64,000 nt of DNA, taken from positions 30,893 through 94,892 of IMG/VR virus record IMGVR_UViG_3300020045_007300, one strand, 5' to 3'. A program made the translations under genes and the position numbers. Below the pieces are notes generated by a model. That model did not search any database. It was not told the origin of the DNA and saw only the letters and a list, made by a program, of their open reading frames with translations. Shown here in pieces: positions 1 to 10,858 of this stretch (the first letter of the stretch is position 1; every line of letters starts with the position of its first letter). This DNA is from a virus.

Positions 1-32
1 GATGCAATGGCGGAAATTGGCGGGATATTTTA

Positions 33-509
33 ATGGACGATGCAAGCATTGAAAGAATGCAGTATAAGTGGGATATTAAGTTACTAACTAACTTCTTTAA
101 TGCGCCTAACTATAAAATATATTTCATATTCTTTAATTTTGTTCGTGATAATGATTTAAAGATTGAAGACTATAAAAAACTTAAAAGAATCCCCATTGCC
201 GACAATGCTTATGTCTATAAATCAACAGACGTTTACTTGTTTGTTGCGTCAAGACTAAAGCCGCTTTATAACTACATTGAAAGCAAAGACATAACAGATG
301 TTTTCGATATTGCTGATAAGTTAAAGGTATCAAATGTAGATACACGGTTACAAAGAGACCATTTTGATGATATAAAAAAAGAAAGGGATCAAGCAAAGCG
401 AAACGAAAATATGTTTAATAGGGATAGGAAGTTTTACAAGGATTTTGTAGAACACTCAAATGCAACAATCAGAAGCTCAGGCTTAAAAGTTAGGTCGATA
501 AGAACATGA
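33..509 (+). CDS. Hypothetical phage protein
   Basis: 158-aa ORF, no recognisable motif. Confidence 0.6.
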   Translation: MDDASIERMQYKWDIKLLTNFFNAPNYKIYFIFFNFVRDNDLKIEDYKKLKRIPIADNAYVYKSTDVYLFVASRLKPLYNYIESKDITDVFDIADKLKVSNVDTRLQRDHFDDIKKERDQAKRNENMFNRDRKFYKDFVEHSNATIRSSGLKVRSIRT

Positions 510-784
510 CAGATAGCAAGCAATTAATACAATGCGGCAGCTGCGACAAGTGCTTTACTCTTTACGAGCCTGTAAGCGAGTGTTACTGTCCGTATTGTGG
601 TGTAATCGATACGATTGAGGATGATGATGACAGTACCACCTCTTAACTTGCCAAATTATCATGCCCACAAAGAGTGGTTTGATAATAGCTTGTGGTTAAA
701 ACAACATAGCAAAGATACCGCTAACCGCACCAGCGTTGTACGCGCTGAAAATAAGAAGCCTTCCGATTTTATGAGAGACAGATA

Positions 785-1009
785 ATGAATTTAAGCAATA
801 CAGTTTTAACTTTAGCTACACCGAAAGAACTGCAAGACCTTATGATATTGTCTGTAGTCGGCAGAGTGACGGATGATATTTTATCGACAGTGCAAAGTAA
901 CGTAATTTATCGCGTCGTGATAACAATAGAATCAGAAATTAACATGATTGAGTGTAGATGCGATCAACGTGCCAACAGGATTGTTGAATTATGCTTGACT
1001 GGAAAATAG
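785..1009 (+). CDS. Hypothetical protein
   Basis: 74-aa ORF with GAGAG SD-like sequence, in an operon with downstream genes. Confidence 0.5.
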   Translation: MNLSNTVLTLATPKELQDLMILSVVGRVTDDILSTVQSNVIYRVVITIESEINMIECRCDQRANRIVELCLTGK

Positions 1010-1176
1010 CTCTTATTGTCATAGCTATCATTGTAATAGCATTCAGCTTATGGGTTGATTCAGAGATGTGTGCGTATCGGTTTAGTGATAACGGGATTGA
1101 GTCTAAGTATACGATCACTGATGGCTGTATGGTTTATGACGGTAAAGACTGGGTAACTGAAAGGGAGTTTTTGTAA
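991..1176 (+). CDS. Small membrane protein
   Basis: N-terminal hydrophobic helix; stop overlaps the next ATG (TAATG). Confidence 0.55.
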   Translation: MLDWKIALIVIAIIVIAFSLWVDSEMCAYRFSDNGIESKYTITDGCMVYDGKDWVTEREFL

Positions 1177-1814
1177 TGGCTGAAAAACGGGTTATTGATT
1201 GGGATGATATGTACCCTCATTGGTGCGCTGGAATAATTACTCTTAGTAATCTATCAAGGCAGTATGGTGTATCAAGACCAGCAATCGAAAAGCACTGGGA
1301 TAAACTTGGAGTGCCTAGAGACCTTACTGCAAAGATAAAAGCCAAGGCAGATTCTATGAGCGTGATGCGCGATGATTGGCGTAACGGGATTGTTTCCTTA
1401 TCTGATATGTCAAGAAAATACAATATAACTATTCCAGCAATAAAAAAATACTGGGGAGATTTAGGGATAGAAAGGATTGTTGTAGAACGTAGCGTTAATA
1501 ATTGCGGCGTTAAACTAATTGAAAAAGACGATTTTGATTGCTCAGGTTTTATTTATGTTATTTACATAGATACAGGGTTAGAACGGATTTATAAGATAGG
1601 TCTGGCAAAACATTTCAGCTCAAGATTTAATCAGCATCAATGTTCGTCGCCTTTCGATATATTTGTATCAATTGCTTATTTTGTTGAAAATATGAGATTA
1701 GAGGAAAGAACACTTCACAATATGTTTGATGATAAGCGAGTTCGTGGTGAATGGTTTAAACTTAATAGTGATGATTTGATAGAAATAGCAAAAAGGAGTT
1801 ATATCGGTGGCTAA
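1176..1814 (+). CDS. Tandem TerS-like HTH repeats fused to a T5orf172/MUG113-type GIY-YIG nuclease domain
   Basis: Two similar HTH units; C-terminal GFIYVI..YKIG..R...EERTLH....RVRGEWF motif. Confidence 0.8.
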   Translation: MAEKRVIDWDDMYPHWCAGIITLSNLSRQYGVSRPAIEKHWDKLGVPRDLTAKIKAKADSMSVMRDDWRNGIVSLSDMSRKYNITIPAIKKYWGDLGIERIVVERSVNNCGVKLIEKDDFDCSGFIYVIYIDTGLERIYKIGLAKHFSSRFNQHQCSSPFDIFVSIAYFVENMRLEERTLHNMFDDKRVRGEWFKLNSDDLIEIAKRSYIGG

Positions 1815-2352
1815 TATCAAACAGGTAAACTGGGAGTCCGTAGAACGCGAATACTCGCTAGGTGTTAGGTCTAATGTCGAGATAGGAAGTATCTTTAATA
1901 TCTCGGAGGCATCAATTAGAGCAAGATCTAAAAAGTTTGAATGGAAAAAAGACCTTAGTGCAAAAGTAAGAATTGCAGCAGAAAGTAAACTGCGAGAAGT
2001 AAACTGCGAATCAACATACGAAGATGTTGTAAATCGCAAGTTGACTGAAAAAGAACTAATTGAAAGCACTGCCAACATCCAAGCAACGGTAATCATAGAA
2101 GAGCGAGAAGACGTTAAACGGCTAACGCGGATATGTGAACTACTTGAAAAACAGCTTGAGACCATTGCTAACGACCCTGATAGCGCAGAAGACTTAGAAA
2201 AGAAAGCGCGTATAAATAAAACCCTTATTGAATCTCGTGACAAGGTTTTTAATATGCGTCGTAGAAACTATGGTATCAATGATAATGCGAATGGCGATGC
2301 TGATAAAGACGGTAGTTTTGAATCAATGTTAAATAAGCGTAATGGAAGATAG
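1807..2352 (+). CDS. terS: Terminase small subunit
   Basis: N-terminal HTH (VNWESVEREYSLG...ISEASIRARSKKFEWKKDL), directly upstream of and overlapping TerL. Confidence 0.8.
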   Translation: MANIKQVNWESVEREYSLGVRSNVEIGSIFNISEASIRARSKKFEWKKDLSAKVRIAAESKLREVNCESTYEDVVNRKLTEKELIESTANIQATVIIEEREDVKRLTRICELLEKQLETIANDPDSAEDLEKKARINKTLIESRDKVFNMRRRNYGINDNANGDADKDGSFESMLNKRNGR

Positions 2353-3871
2353 AGAGCAACAAGCGTTTAATAAGATCATTGATGACTTTGAAATATACGC
2401 CGAGGTCAATTTAAAGATTAAAACCAAAGAGGGTAAAATTTACCCTCTGGAGTTTAACGACCCGCAAAAATACATACACGCCCAGTTACAAAAACAACTG
2501 AGCGAAACAGGGAAAATAAGAGCCTTGCTTTTAAAGGGGAGGCAGCAAGGAGCAAGTACATACACCGAGGGGCGTTTTTATTGGCGAACATCAACTGGGT
2601 TTGGTAAACAGGCTTACATACTTACGCATGAGCAAGCGGCAACTGATAACCTTTTCATAATGGCTAAACGCTATCATGACAACGCTAACGACAAGCTAAA
2701 GCCAAGTGTGGGGGCATCTAACGCAAAAGAATTGCTTTTTAATAAGCTCGACTCAGGTTACAAAGTTGGCACAGCAGGAAGTAGGGCTGTAGGGCGGTCA
2801 GGAACAATCCAATTCTTTCACGGGAGTGAAATCGCTTTTTGGAATAACGCCGATGAACATTTTGCTGGTGTACTTCAATGCGTCCCCGATGGTAATGATT
2901 CAGACGGCACAGAAGTTATTTTAGAGTCAACGGCAAACGGCGTTGGTGGTAAGTTTTACGACCTATGGATTGAAGCGATTGCTGGTAAAAACGACTACAT
3001 AGCGGTCTTTGTGCCTTGGTTTTGGAGCAAAGAATACAGAAAAAGCGCGATTGATTTTGTGCCTACACCCGACGAGCTTAAAAAACAGGCATTATATGGC
3101 GTAGACAACGAACAGTTAGCGTGGCGTAGGTCAAAGATAACTGAACTTGGTAACGACCTTTGTAATCAAGAATACCCTTATTGCTGGGAAGAAGCATTTT
3201 TATCTACAGGGCGCACAGTTTTCGATAAAGACGCAATGGCAAAAGCCATGCTAGAATGCTACAACCCAATTAAGCACATGGTACTGGAAAACGGTAAGTT
3301 TGTTGCACGGAAAGACGGTTATTTGAAAGTATGGAGTGAACCAAAGGCGGGTATGCGATACGTCATAGGTGCGGATGTCGCCGAAGGGCTTAGCGATGGA
3401 GACTACTCAACAGCAACTGTACTAGATAAGCAAGGGTATCAAGTAGCACAGTATCACGGTCATATCGCCCCTGATTTGTTTGGTAAGCTATTAATAGCAC
3501 TGGGTAATATGTATAACTCAGCTCTACTGATACCTGAATGCAATAATCACGGATTACTAACTGCTACCGTTATTAGAGACTCATACTACCCATATTTGTA
3601 TGTGCAAAAGTCAGTTGATGATGGTTACACAGACAGCAAAGAGCAAACTAGGGTTGGCTGGTTGACGACCCGCAGAACAAAGCCGTTGATTATTGATACA
3701 CTAAGCGCGGCACTACGCGATGGTACGCATGGAATATGCGACAAAGAAGTGATAAAAGAATGCCAAAGTTACATTATCAATGATGATGGTAGCTACGGAG
3801 CGCAACGCAAGACGCATGATGATCGCGTAATGTCATACGCAATTAGTTTTTACGCCCTACGATTTATTTAA
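2342..3871 (+). CDS. terL: Terminase large subunit
   Basis: Walker A LKGRQQGAST, Walker B FFHGSE, ESTANG coupling motif, RNase H-like GADVAEG..GDYS and HDDRVMS. Confidence 0.97.
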   Translation: MEDREQQAFNKIIDDFEIYAEVNLKIKTKEGKIYPLEFNDPQKYIHAQLQKQLSETGKIRALLLKGRQQGASTYTEGRFYWRTSTGFGKQAYILTHEQAATDNLFIMAKRYHDNANDKLKPSVGASNAKELLFNKLDSGYKVGTAGSRAVGRSGTIQFFHGSEIAFWNNADEHFAGVLQCVPDGNDSDGTEVILESTANGVGGKFYDLWIEAIAGKNDYIAVFVPWFWSKEYRKSAIDFVPTPDELKKQALYGVDNEQLAWRRSKITELGNDLCNQEYPYCWEEAFLSTGRTVFDKDAMAKAMLECYNPIKHMVLENGKFVARKDGYLKVWSEPKAGMRYVIGADVAEGLSDGDYSTATVLDKQGYQVAQYHGHIAPDLFGKLLIALGNMYNSALLIPECNNHGLLTATVIRDSYYPYLYVQKSVDDGYTDSKEQTRVGWLTTRRTKPLIIDTLSAALRDGTHGICDKEVIKECQSYIINDDGSYGAQRKTHDDRVMSYAISFYALRFI

Positions 3872-4095
3872 AAATTTAAATTAAAATGCCTAATAAAGAA
3901 ATTGATAATTCTTGCAGTAAAAATGCCAAGGAATCCAGTGACTTAATTGATAGATGGTTTTTAGAAGATATTACTAAGTATGCAGAAAGAATAGCTGGTA
4001 AAATTCTTTTGATAAAAACCAAAAGAAAGCGAATTTATCGCTAAACAACACATAAATTGTCGCGACGACAATCAATCCCAAAGCTGGAATAGAAG

Positions 4096-6354
4096 ATGAA
4101 AGACATCGGTTTAGAGCTTGATACAAGCCCACCACAGGCACTACAAAACAATATCACTGTTCCAGATGATGACCAACTGGGGCAGACATTACAGAAGCGT
4201 TGGCAACAATGGTTTCAAGCCAAGCGCAACATCGAAGAAGAATGGCTGAAAGACTTACGCGCATTCAATCAGATAAACGACGCTGATGTTGCAGGAATAT
4301 CAAAGTTTCACAGTCATATTTACATCGGACTAACGCGCACTAAAGCAATGGCAGCTTATGCGCGTATTAGTGACTTAATGTTTCAAACTACTGCACGGCA
4401 CTGGACATTATCACCCACGCCTATTCCAGAAAATCAGCAATTAAATACTCAAGATACGTTCGAGCAAAGCAAGTTAAAAGCTGATGCGATGCAGAAAGAA
4501 ATTGACGACCAGTTGATTGACGTTGACTATGAATGCTCTGCTAAATCAGCAATTCTTGAGGCGTGTATTATTGGTACGGGTTGTGTAAAAGGTATTACCC
4601 CAAGTGTTAAGCAGGTAACGCGCTGGAGTAAGCAAGTATCAGAAGACGGCTTAAGTGAAGATTGGGTTGTTGTAAAAGAGGAAATCCCCGCCCCGAAAGG
4701 CGCAATTGTTTCTTGCTTTGATTTGTACCCAGACCCTTACGCCTCAAGCGTTGAGAACATGAGTGGCATTTATGAGCGTCACATTCTCAATCGCACTCAA
4801 TTTATTGCACTTAAAGACAATCCGCAATTTGATACCGATAAAATCAATGAGATTTTAGAACGTACTGACAAAGGAAATCACATACCACTTTATCATGAGG
4901 TGGATCGCAGAAACATTGCCAAAATAACCGACACCACAGCGGCACAGGCTGAGATGTACGATGTACTTGAATACTGGGGGCAGGTATCAGGAAGATTATT
5001 GACATTAGCAGGTGTTGAAGGTGTTAGCGAGACAGAGAGCGCGTGGTGTAATGTCTGGACGTGTTCAGGTGTTACCTTATTGGCTAAGGTTATGCCGATG
5101 GCTAAACAACGCATTCCGTACAACTTCTTTATCTATTCAAAAGTTCCATATCAATTTTGGGGCGTTCCACCTACACGCATGATGCGCCACACACAAGCCG
5201 TTGTGAATGGCAGTGTTCGTATTATGCTGGACGGTATGGCTATGTCTGCAATCCCAATGGCAGAAGTTAATACACTGATGCTTAAAGACGGGCAAGACCC
5301 TAAGGTCATGAAAGCTGGGCAGATATGGCTTAGAGACAAGGGCGACCAAGGCGAACCAGCAGTAAGATTCTTTCAGCCAAATGTGCCAACAGGTGCGTTA
5401 ATGGATATGATTCAACTATTCAAAGGTTATGCGGACGATGAAACATCGTTACCAGCGTACACCTATGGAGACAATTCAGGAGAGGTAAATCAAACGGCTA
5501 AAGGCTTGTCTATGCAATTAGGACAAGCAGCAATACCCATCAAACAAGTTATCAAAAACCTTGAGGACGGATTAATTAAGCCTTTCATTCAAAGTCTTTA
5601 TGACTGGAATATGCAATGGTCTGACAAAGAAGAATTAAAATCTGGAGATATGGAAATTCAGGTTCTTGGTTCATCTTCATTGATAGCTAAGGAAGCCAAG
5701 GTACAGTCGCTTATGCAATTCCTTAACATAGCATCATCTAACGCGCTGGTGGCTAAATTTACCGATGTACGCTACTTGGCTACAGAGATTGCTAAAAACA
5801 TGGACATTGATGCAGAAAAGGCAGTTCCTGAAATGCTACCAGAAGACCAGCAACCACAACCACCGCAAAATAATGTTGCTGATGAAGCGAGGGCTAAGTT
5901 ATACGAAGCTCAAGCGGTAACTGAACAGGAAAATGCCGAAAAGGTTAAGGAAGAAGTATTGACTCAAAAAGAAACTACTGAAAAAGTTAAGGCTGAACGC
6001 ATTAACACCAGTACCAAAACAGACTTTACCGCGATTGAAGTAGCTACCAAACTAAAAGAAGCGCAAATGTTAGCTCCTGATATTGTTGCCATTGCACAAA
6101 GCATTGAAGATTCGAATGGTAAGGTTGATGTTAATGGTACGCCATTGGCAACATTACCCGCTGCTACCCAGTCAATACCACAACACCAGCCTGAGCAATT
6201 ACCACCAATGGACGTTAATACATCCCCACAAGACCCAGCGTTGCCAGTTGGCAGTGAATCTTACACACCAGAGCCAGATGCGGTACAGGGCATGGATATT
6301 GGGCAAGGGCAAGATGGTATAGAAACTGTGGCTAATGAAGGATTGAGCCAATAA
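4096..6354 (+). CDS. Portal protein
   Basis: 752 aa after TerL; FDLYPDP, VLEYWG and TAKGLSM motifs; low-complexity Q/P C-terminus. Confidence 0.9.
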   Translation: MKDIGLELDTSPPQALQNNITVPDDDQLGQTLQKRWQQWFQAKRNIEEEWLKDLRAFNQINDADVAGISKFHSHIYIGLTRTKAMAAYARISDLMFQTTARHWTLSPTPIPENQQLNTQDTFEQSKLKADAMQKEIDDQLIDVDYECSAKSAILEACIIGTGCVKGITPSVKQVTRWSKQVSEDGLSEDWVVVKEEIPAPKGAIVSCFDLYPDPYASSVENMSGIYERHILNRTQFIALKDNPQFDTDKINEILERTDKGNHIPLYHEVDRRNIAKITDTTAAQAEMYDVLEYWGQVSGRLLTLAGVEGVSETESAWCNVWTCSGVTLLAKVMPMAKQRIPYNFFIYSKVPYQFWGVPPTRMMRHTQAVVNGSVRIMLDGMAMSAIPMAEVNTLMLKDGQDPKVMKAGQIWLRDKGDQGEPAVRFFQPNVPTGALMDMIQLFKGYADDETSLPAYTYGDNSGEVNQTAKGLSMQLGQAAIPIKQVIKNLEDGLIKPFIQSLYDWNMQWSDKEELKSGDMEIQVLGSSSLIAKEAKVQSLMQFLNIASSNALVAKFTDVRYLATEIAKNMDIDAEKAVPEMLPEDQQPQPPQNNVADEARAKLYEAQAVTEQENAEKVKEEVLTQKETTEKVKAERINTSTKTDFTAIEVATKLKEAQMLAPDIVAIAQSIEDSNGKVDVNGTPLATLPAATQSIPQHQPEQLPPMDVNTSPQDPALPVGSESYTPEPDAVQGMDIGQGQDGIETVANEGLSQ

Positions 6355-6412
6355 AAAACATCTCAATACTTCAAGATCAGAAATAAGCGGATAACTAAAG
6401 AGAGAAAATATA

Positions 6413-6601
6413 ATGAACCCACCAATACTAGCAAAACCGTGTTTTAAATGCGGAATAAGGACGAGTGAAACACAATCTGTCTTCGGAGTTGGTCATCAGC
6501 AGTGTTATGACCAAGCTATTGATAATGTGAGCAACGGAAAAGCTATTACGATTTATTTAACTAAAACCTATATTGAAATAAATGACCAAACAACAAGCTG
6601 A
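6413..6601 (+). CDS. Small putative Zn-binding hypothetical protein
   Basis: CxxC...HxxC; SD-like GAGAG. Confidence 0.45.
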   Translation: MNPPILAKPCFKCGIRTSETQSVFGVGHQQCYDQAIDNVSNGKAITIYLTKTYIEINDQTTS

Positions 6602-6794
6602 TAAAATCTACGCACTAACTTCCTCAAGCAACTGGCAGGCATTTGAGGAGGTTTTAAATGAGCAGTTACGCGCATATCAACATGAATTAGAGAGTTGCAG
6701 CGAAAACAGGCTGTATATTGCAAGAGGAGCAATAGCTCAGATTCGCACGACATTATCAATACGAAATAGCGCTGAGGAGTTGTTAGAAAAATAA
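6582..6794 (+). CDS. Small conserved head-module protein between portal and scaffold
   Basis: 70-aa helical protein with W..F...L and ARG motifs typical of this position. Confidence 0.65.
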   Translation: MTKQQADKIYALTSSSNWQAFEEVLNEQLRAYQHELESCSENRLYIARGAIAQIRTTLSIRNSAEELLEK

Positions 6795-6832
6795 TATATT
6801 GACTTTCGTAATTTATGGTATTATGAGCCATA

Positions 6833-6851
6833 AATTAAACATCGTTTAATT
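6833..6851. promoter_or_regulatory. Palindromic operator AATTAAAC-N3-GTTTAATT just downstream of a TG-extended -10
   Basis: Perfect palindrome; variants at 16937, 28333, 37286 and 39781. Confidence 0.6.
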
Positions 6852-6909
6852 ACCAGCAGAACCAAGGTTGAAATACCCTGCCCATGTCGAGAGACATACA
6901 AACACTTAG

Positions 6910-7872
6910 ATGGATAAATATAGAATGACGCAAGAAACAGATAAACGTTATCAGTCCCTAGAAGATGATGCTAATTCCCAGCTCAAAGCCATGTATGGTG
7001 ATGATTTACAGGGAATGGCAGAACCAGAAGAAAACTCCCCTGATGAAGGTACAGAGTCGGATAGCGACAACGAAGAAACCGAACAGGAGCTTGAGCAAAG
7101 TACACCTGAAAGCGAAAACGAACCGCAAAAAGATAATGAAGAATCTGAGCCAATGGTATCAGAATCACGTTATAAATCCGCCGTTGTTGCAATGAATAAA
7201 GCGCAGCAGGAAGCAGCAGATTTACGCAAATCAGTCCAAGCTTTACAGTCTGAAAATGAAGAATTGCAATCCATGCTTGAAGAGGCGTTGAATGGCGATG
7301 ATGACAAGAGTGCTGGTAATGATAGCGAAGAATATGATTTTGACAAAGCCATTGATGATTTGCCATTAATTATTAAGCAGAATAAAGAACTGGTTAATAA
7401 GGTGGCCAAACTTGAAACTGAGTTAGCAGGGGTTAAGACAACTACAGACAGAGTTCAAGAACAAGACAATAAAACAGCTCATCAAAGTTACTGGAATGAA
7501 ATTAAAGGGGCGCACGGTGACATCGACGGATTAGCCGAAGACCCAGCGTATAGCGAATGGTGGGCGCAACAGCCACAAGGCGTTAAGAGCTTGCTTACAT
7601 CCAGTGACGCACAAGAAGTTATCAAAGGTTTAAACCTGTTCCGCGCAGACGTACCACGCGCTACCGACACTAAAAAGCCATCGACTTCACGCAATGATAA
7701 GCTAGAAGCGGCTAGAAATGCCGATTCACCAACGATTCAAAAGCAATCCAAAGAGCCATCATCGGGTAAACGAACTTTTACAAATGCCGAGATTGCCAAA
7801 ATGTCACCCGCTGAATTTGCGCGTAACGAAAAAGCGATTGATGCGGCATTAGCTCGTGGCGATGTGATTTAA
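6910..7872 (+). CDS. Capsid scaffolding protein
   Basis: Acidic N-terminus, coiled coil, C-terminal EIAKMSPAEFARNEKAIDAA motif; precedes capsid. Confidence 0.85.
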   Translation: MDKYRMTQETDKRYQSLEDDANSQLKAMYGDDLQGMAEPEENSPDEGTESDSDNEETEQELEQSTPESENEPQKDNEESEPMVSESRYKSAVVAMNKAQQEAADLRKSVQALQSENEELQSMLEEALNGDDDKSAGNDSEEYDFDKAIDDLPLIIKQNKELVNKVAKLETELAGVKTTTDRVQEQDNKTAHQSYWNEIKGAHGDIDGLAEDPAYSEWWAQQPQGVKSLLTSSDAQEVIKGLNLFRADVPRATDTKKPSTSRNDKLEAARNADSPTIQKQSKEPSSGKRTFTNAEIAKMSPAEFARNEKAIDAALARGDVI

Positions 7873-8006
7873 ATGATTTAACTATCGTCGCGAGACGAAA
7901 GAACCTTTTATTCCCGCCAAGTGAGCGTGTTACTTGGTATAGCCACAAGGCTATAGATGGAGCGCACTAATTTAATTACTGTCGTGATGACAGAAAGGAA
8001 AAGACA

Positions 8007-8876
8007 ATGCCTACTAACGTAGCAAGAACTGGTAACAACTTACCTAACGGCAATTTTGCACCCGCTATCTGGTCGCAAAAATTGAATGCCAAGTATTACG
8101 CTCAAACTTGCCTGTTTGACATCACCAACTCTAAATGGGAAGGCGAGATTAAAGGTCAAGGCTCGCAAGTTGAGATTCGTAACCGTCCGACTGTTGCCAT
8201 CACTGATTATTCAGTGAATCAAGACATTCAGTATCAAGACATTATTGATGAAAAAATCACTTTGTTAATCGATAAAGCGAAATCTTTTTCATTCAAAGTT
8301 GATGATATTGACGCAGCTCAGTCAAACATTGCCATTATCGACGAATTGACCCAAGACAGCGCGTATCAGATGAAAATCGCTATTGATACACAGGTCTTAG
8401 GTTCGATTTACGCCGATGCTTCCAACGCTTTAGCTTCGATTACCATCGACAAAACCAATGTTCTTGATTGGATTATCGACGCGGAGGTGAAGATGGAAGA
8501 AAACAACCTGCCAAACGACAACCGCTGGATTATCATTCCACCTAAAGTCGCTGGTTACATCCAAAAATCTGATTTAAAAGTGGCTTCATTAACTGGTGAT
8601 TCTAAATCTATCATCCGTAGCGGCATGGATAACGGTCGTTTAGGTATGATTGGTGGTATCACTGTGTATGTCAGCAACAACCTATCTAAATCAGGGACTA
8701 CTTATCAGTGTATCGCTGGTCATAAATCAGCCGTCACTTATGCGTCACAAATCGTAAAGGTTGAGAGCTTACGCTTACAAACCAAATTTGGTGATGCAGT
8801 TCGGGGTCTCAATTGCTTCGGATATAAAACAGTAATCCCCAGCGGGCTCGTAAGTATGCCTGTAGTAGTGGTATAA
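8007..8876 (+). CDS. Major capsid protein (P22 coat-like HK97 fold)
   Basis: FAPAIWS, WEGEIK.QG..V.I, LLIDKAK.F.FKVDDID and FGDAVRGL..FGYK motifs. Confidence 0.93.
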   Translation: MPTNVARTGNNLPNGNFAPAIWSQKLNAKYYAQTCLFDITNSKWEGEIKGQGSQVEIRNRPTVAITDYSVNQDIQYQDIIDEKITLLIDKAKSFSFKVDDIDAAQSNIAIIDELTQDSAYQMKIAIDTQVLGSIYADASNALASITIDKTNVLDWIIDAEVKMEENNLPNDNRWIIIPPKVAGYIQKSDLKVASLTGDSKSIIRSGMDNGRLGMIGGITVYVSNNLSKSGTTYQCIAGHKSAVTYASQIVKVESLRLQTKFGDAVRGLNCFGYKTVIPSGLVSMPVVVV

Positions 8877-8885
8877 TACGGTTAA

Positions 8886-8968
8886 TGGTGGATAGGGCAT
8901 CGAACCCGAAAGACGGAAACCTACCGTTTGCCACCAAACTTTTTAGGTTGTTTTGAATAGGTATCAAA
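8886..8968 (+). promoter_or_regulatory. Structured leader (three-way junction with anti-SD loop), family A copy 1; TATAAT at 8872-8877 overlaps the capsid stop
   Basis: tggtgg/ccacca closing stem; loop aaccta complementary to downstream taggtt and taggta. Confidence 0.65.
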
Positions 8969-9457
8969 ATGTTGACACAAGAAAAGTTAAAAGAAGTTTT
9001 ACATTATAATGAAGAAACTGGTTATTTTACTTGGCTAATATCTAACTCAAATAGGGTTAAAATTGGCAGCAAGGCTGGCTCTAAAATGGCTAATGGTTAC
9101 ATGGAAATTCAAATTTTTAGCGAACGATTTACATTGCATAGACTGGCTTGGTTATATGTGAATGGTAAAATGCCAGACAATCATATAGACCACATTAATG
9201 GTGTTCGTGATGATAACAGAATATGTAATTTAAGACCCGTTAGTCGTGAATTGAATATGCAAAACATGAGAGAGCCAACAATAAGAAATGCACTAGGATT
9301 GCTTGGTGTTCATCTTGATAAAAGCCGAAACAAGTTCATTGCACAGATAATGTACAACGGAAAACATAAGCATCTTGGTCGATTTAATACCAAAGAAGAA
9401 GCGCATCAAGCATACTTAATTGCTAAGCGTGAATTTCATTCAACCTGTACAATTTAA
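8969..9457 (+). CDS. HNH homing endonuclease with AP2 domain
   Basis: HRLAW..IDHINGVRDDNRICNLR; C-terminal GV....KFIAQI..NGKHKHLGRF. Confidence 0.93.
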   Translation: MLTQEKLKEVLHYNEETGYFTWLISNSNRVKIGSKAGSKMANGYMEIQIFSERFTLHRLAWLYVNGKMPDNHIDHINGVRDDNRICNLRPVSRELNMQNMREPTIRNALGLLGVHLDKSRNKFIAQIMYNGKHKHLGRFNTKEEAHQAYLIAKREFHSTCTI

Positions 9458-9471
9458 TTTCAGGAAATATA

Positions 9472-9954
9472 ATGGCTACATATACACTTACAAAAACACC
9501 AACAACCGTTGCTCCTTTTTATCCTCATGCACAAGTTGTCAATGAAAGCCCCGTTAAAACAAGATCAGCGGTATTTGACGGCGCAAAAGCAGCGGCATTT
9601 AAAGGTTCAGCGATTGCCACAGCCGATGTGTTTGAATTGTTGACAATTCCAGCAGGTTCATTCGTGTTGTCAGTAACACATCAAGTTACCACAGCAGAAG
9701 GCGGAGCTTGTACTTTTGACATCGGTGACGGCACTGATGACAATGGTTATGTTGTTGCGGCAACTAACGGCAATGGCAATTCAACATCAACAAATTCAAA
9801 TTCGTTTAACGGTACAACAACACCCGCTTTTGGTGTTGGTAAATACTATTCAGCGGCTGATACAATTGACTTGACTCTGGTATCTGGCACAGCGGCAGCG
9901 GTTATCGTTAAGATTTCCGTAACTTATGTTGCAGTTAGTCCGTTAGCGGCTTAA
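9472..9954 (+). CDS. Capsid decoration / minor head protein
   Basis: A/T/G-rich beta protein with IPAG and DTID motifs, following capsid. Confidence 0.7.
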   Translation: MATYTLTKTPTTVAPFYPHAQVVNESPVKTRSAVFDGAKAAAFKGSAIATADVFELLTIPAGSFVLSVTHQVTTAEGGACTFDIGDGTDDNGYVVAATNGNGNSTSTNSNSFNGTTTPAFGVGKYYSAADTIDLTLVSGTAAAVIVKISVTYVAVSPLAA

Positions 9955-10004
9955 TTGATTTGGCTACTCGTCACTGGGTAGCCATTCTTTACAGGATTTA
10001 AAAA

Positions 10005-10583
10005 ATGTCACAATTTGAAGATTTAATTGTCGGTAAATTGACAATGACGGGCGGCGGCTTTATCGGCACACAAGCGGCTATTGCTGGCTTGTCGGTAGTT
10101 CATAAGCAAGTCGGTTTCTTACGTCAATCCGTGTTTACACTGGACAACGTAGCTCAGACTGTTGTAAATGGCACTGAATACCAAGGCACTAAACTCTATG
10201 ACTTTCCCGAAGGTCGTGTATTGGTACTGGGTGTTACCGCAAGATTGCAACAAAAAACAACTAGCGCACTGGCTGGCACACTGAACGCAAGTTCTACAGG
10301 TGCGGTATCATTAGGCACTGTAACGGCTTCGGCAACTACTTTAGCCACCACAATGGTTGATTTATTGCCATCTACTGCATTTACATCGTCAGCAACGGTA
10401 AACGTGGCAGGTACGGCAGTTGGTGCAGCATTAGCAGCTTCCGCGCAATTCGACGGCACAGCTACCGCAAAATCAATGTTCTTAAATAGCGCATTTGCGA
10501 CTACTACAGATGTTGATGGCGATGCAACTATTACATGGAGCGGTACTATTATCGTAACCCATATTGATTTAGGTGATTACTAA
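10005..10583 (+). CDS. Virion structural protein
   Basis: A/T/G-rich composition, virion operon context. Confidence 0.65.
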   Translation: MSQFEDLIVGKLTMTGGGFIGTQAAIAGLSVVHKQVGFLRQSVFTLDNVAQTVVNGTEYQGTKLYDFPEGRVLVLGVTARLQQKTTSALAGTLNASSTGAVSLGTVTASATTLATTMVDLLPSTAFTSSATVNVAGTAVGAALAASAQFDGTATAKSMFLNSAFATTTDVDGDATITWSGTIIVTHIDLGDY

Positions 10584-10858
10584 TGCTTGATATTAGCTCA
10601 TTAGACAAAGATGCTTTGGCTGATTATGCGCGTACCGTATTCAAAACTGAATTAGATATGCGTAAAAATCTTGAGTCTTTGCGTAAAGACGTAAAGGCTA
10701 TGCAGGATAAACCAGCAAAGCCAGATGAATTGCCATTAAAAAAGGCTTCTCATATCAAAAATAAAGCCAATGGTCGTGTATTTCCTTACACTCAGTTGTT
10801 AGTCGCCCATTTAGGCGATAACGCAATTCCATGTGATGAAAACGGCGAACCAGCATGA
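10583..10858 (+). CDS. Hypothetical head-module protein
   Basis: Translationally coupled at both ends. Confidence 0.65.
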   Translation: MLDISSLDKDALADYARTVFKTELDMRKNLESLRKDVKAMQDKPAKPDELPLKKASHIKNKANGRVFPYTQLLVAHLGDNAIPCDENGEPA

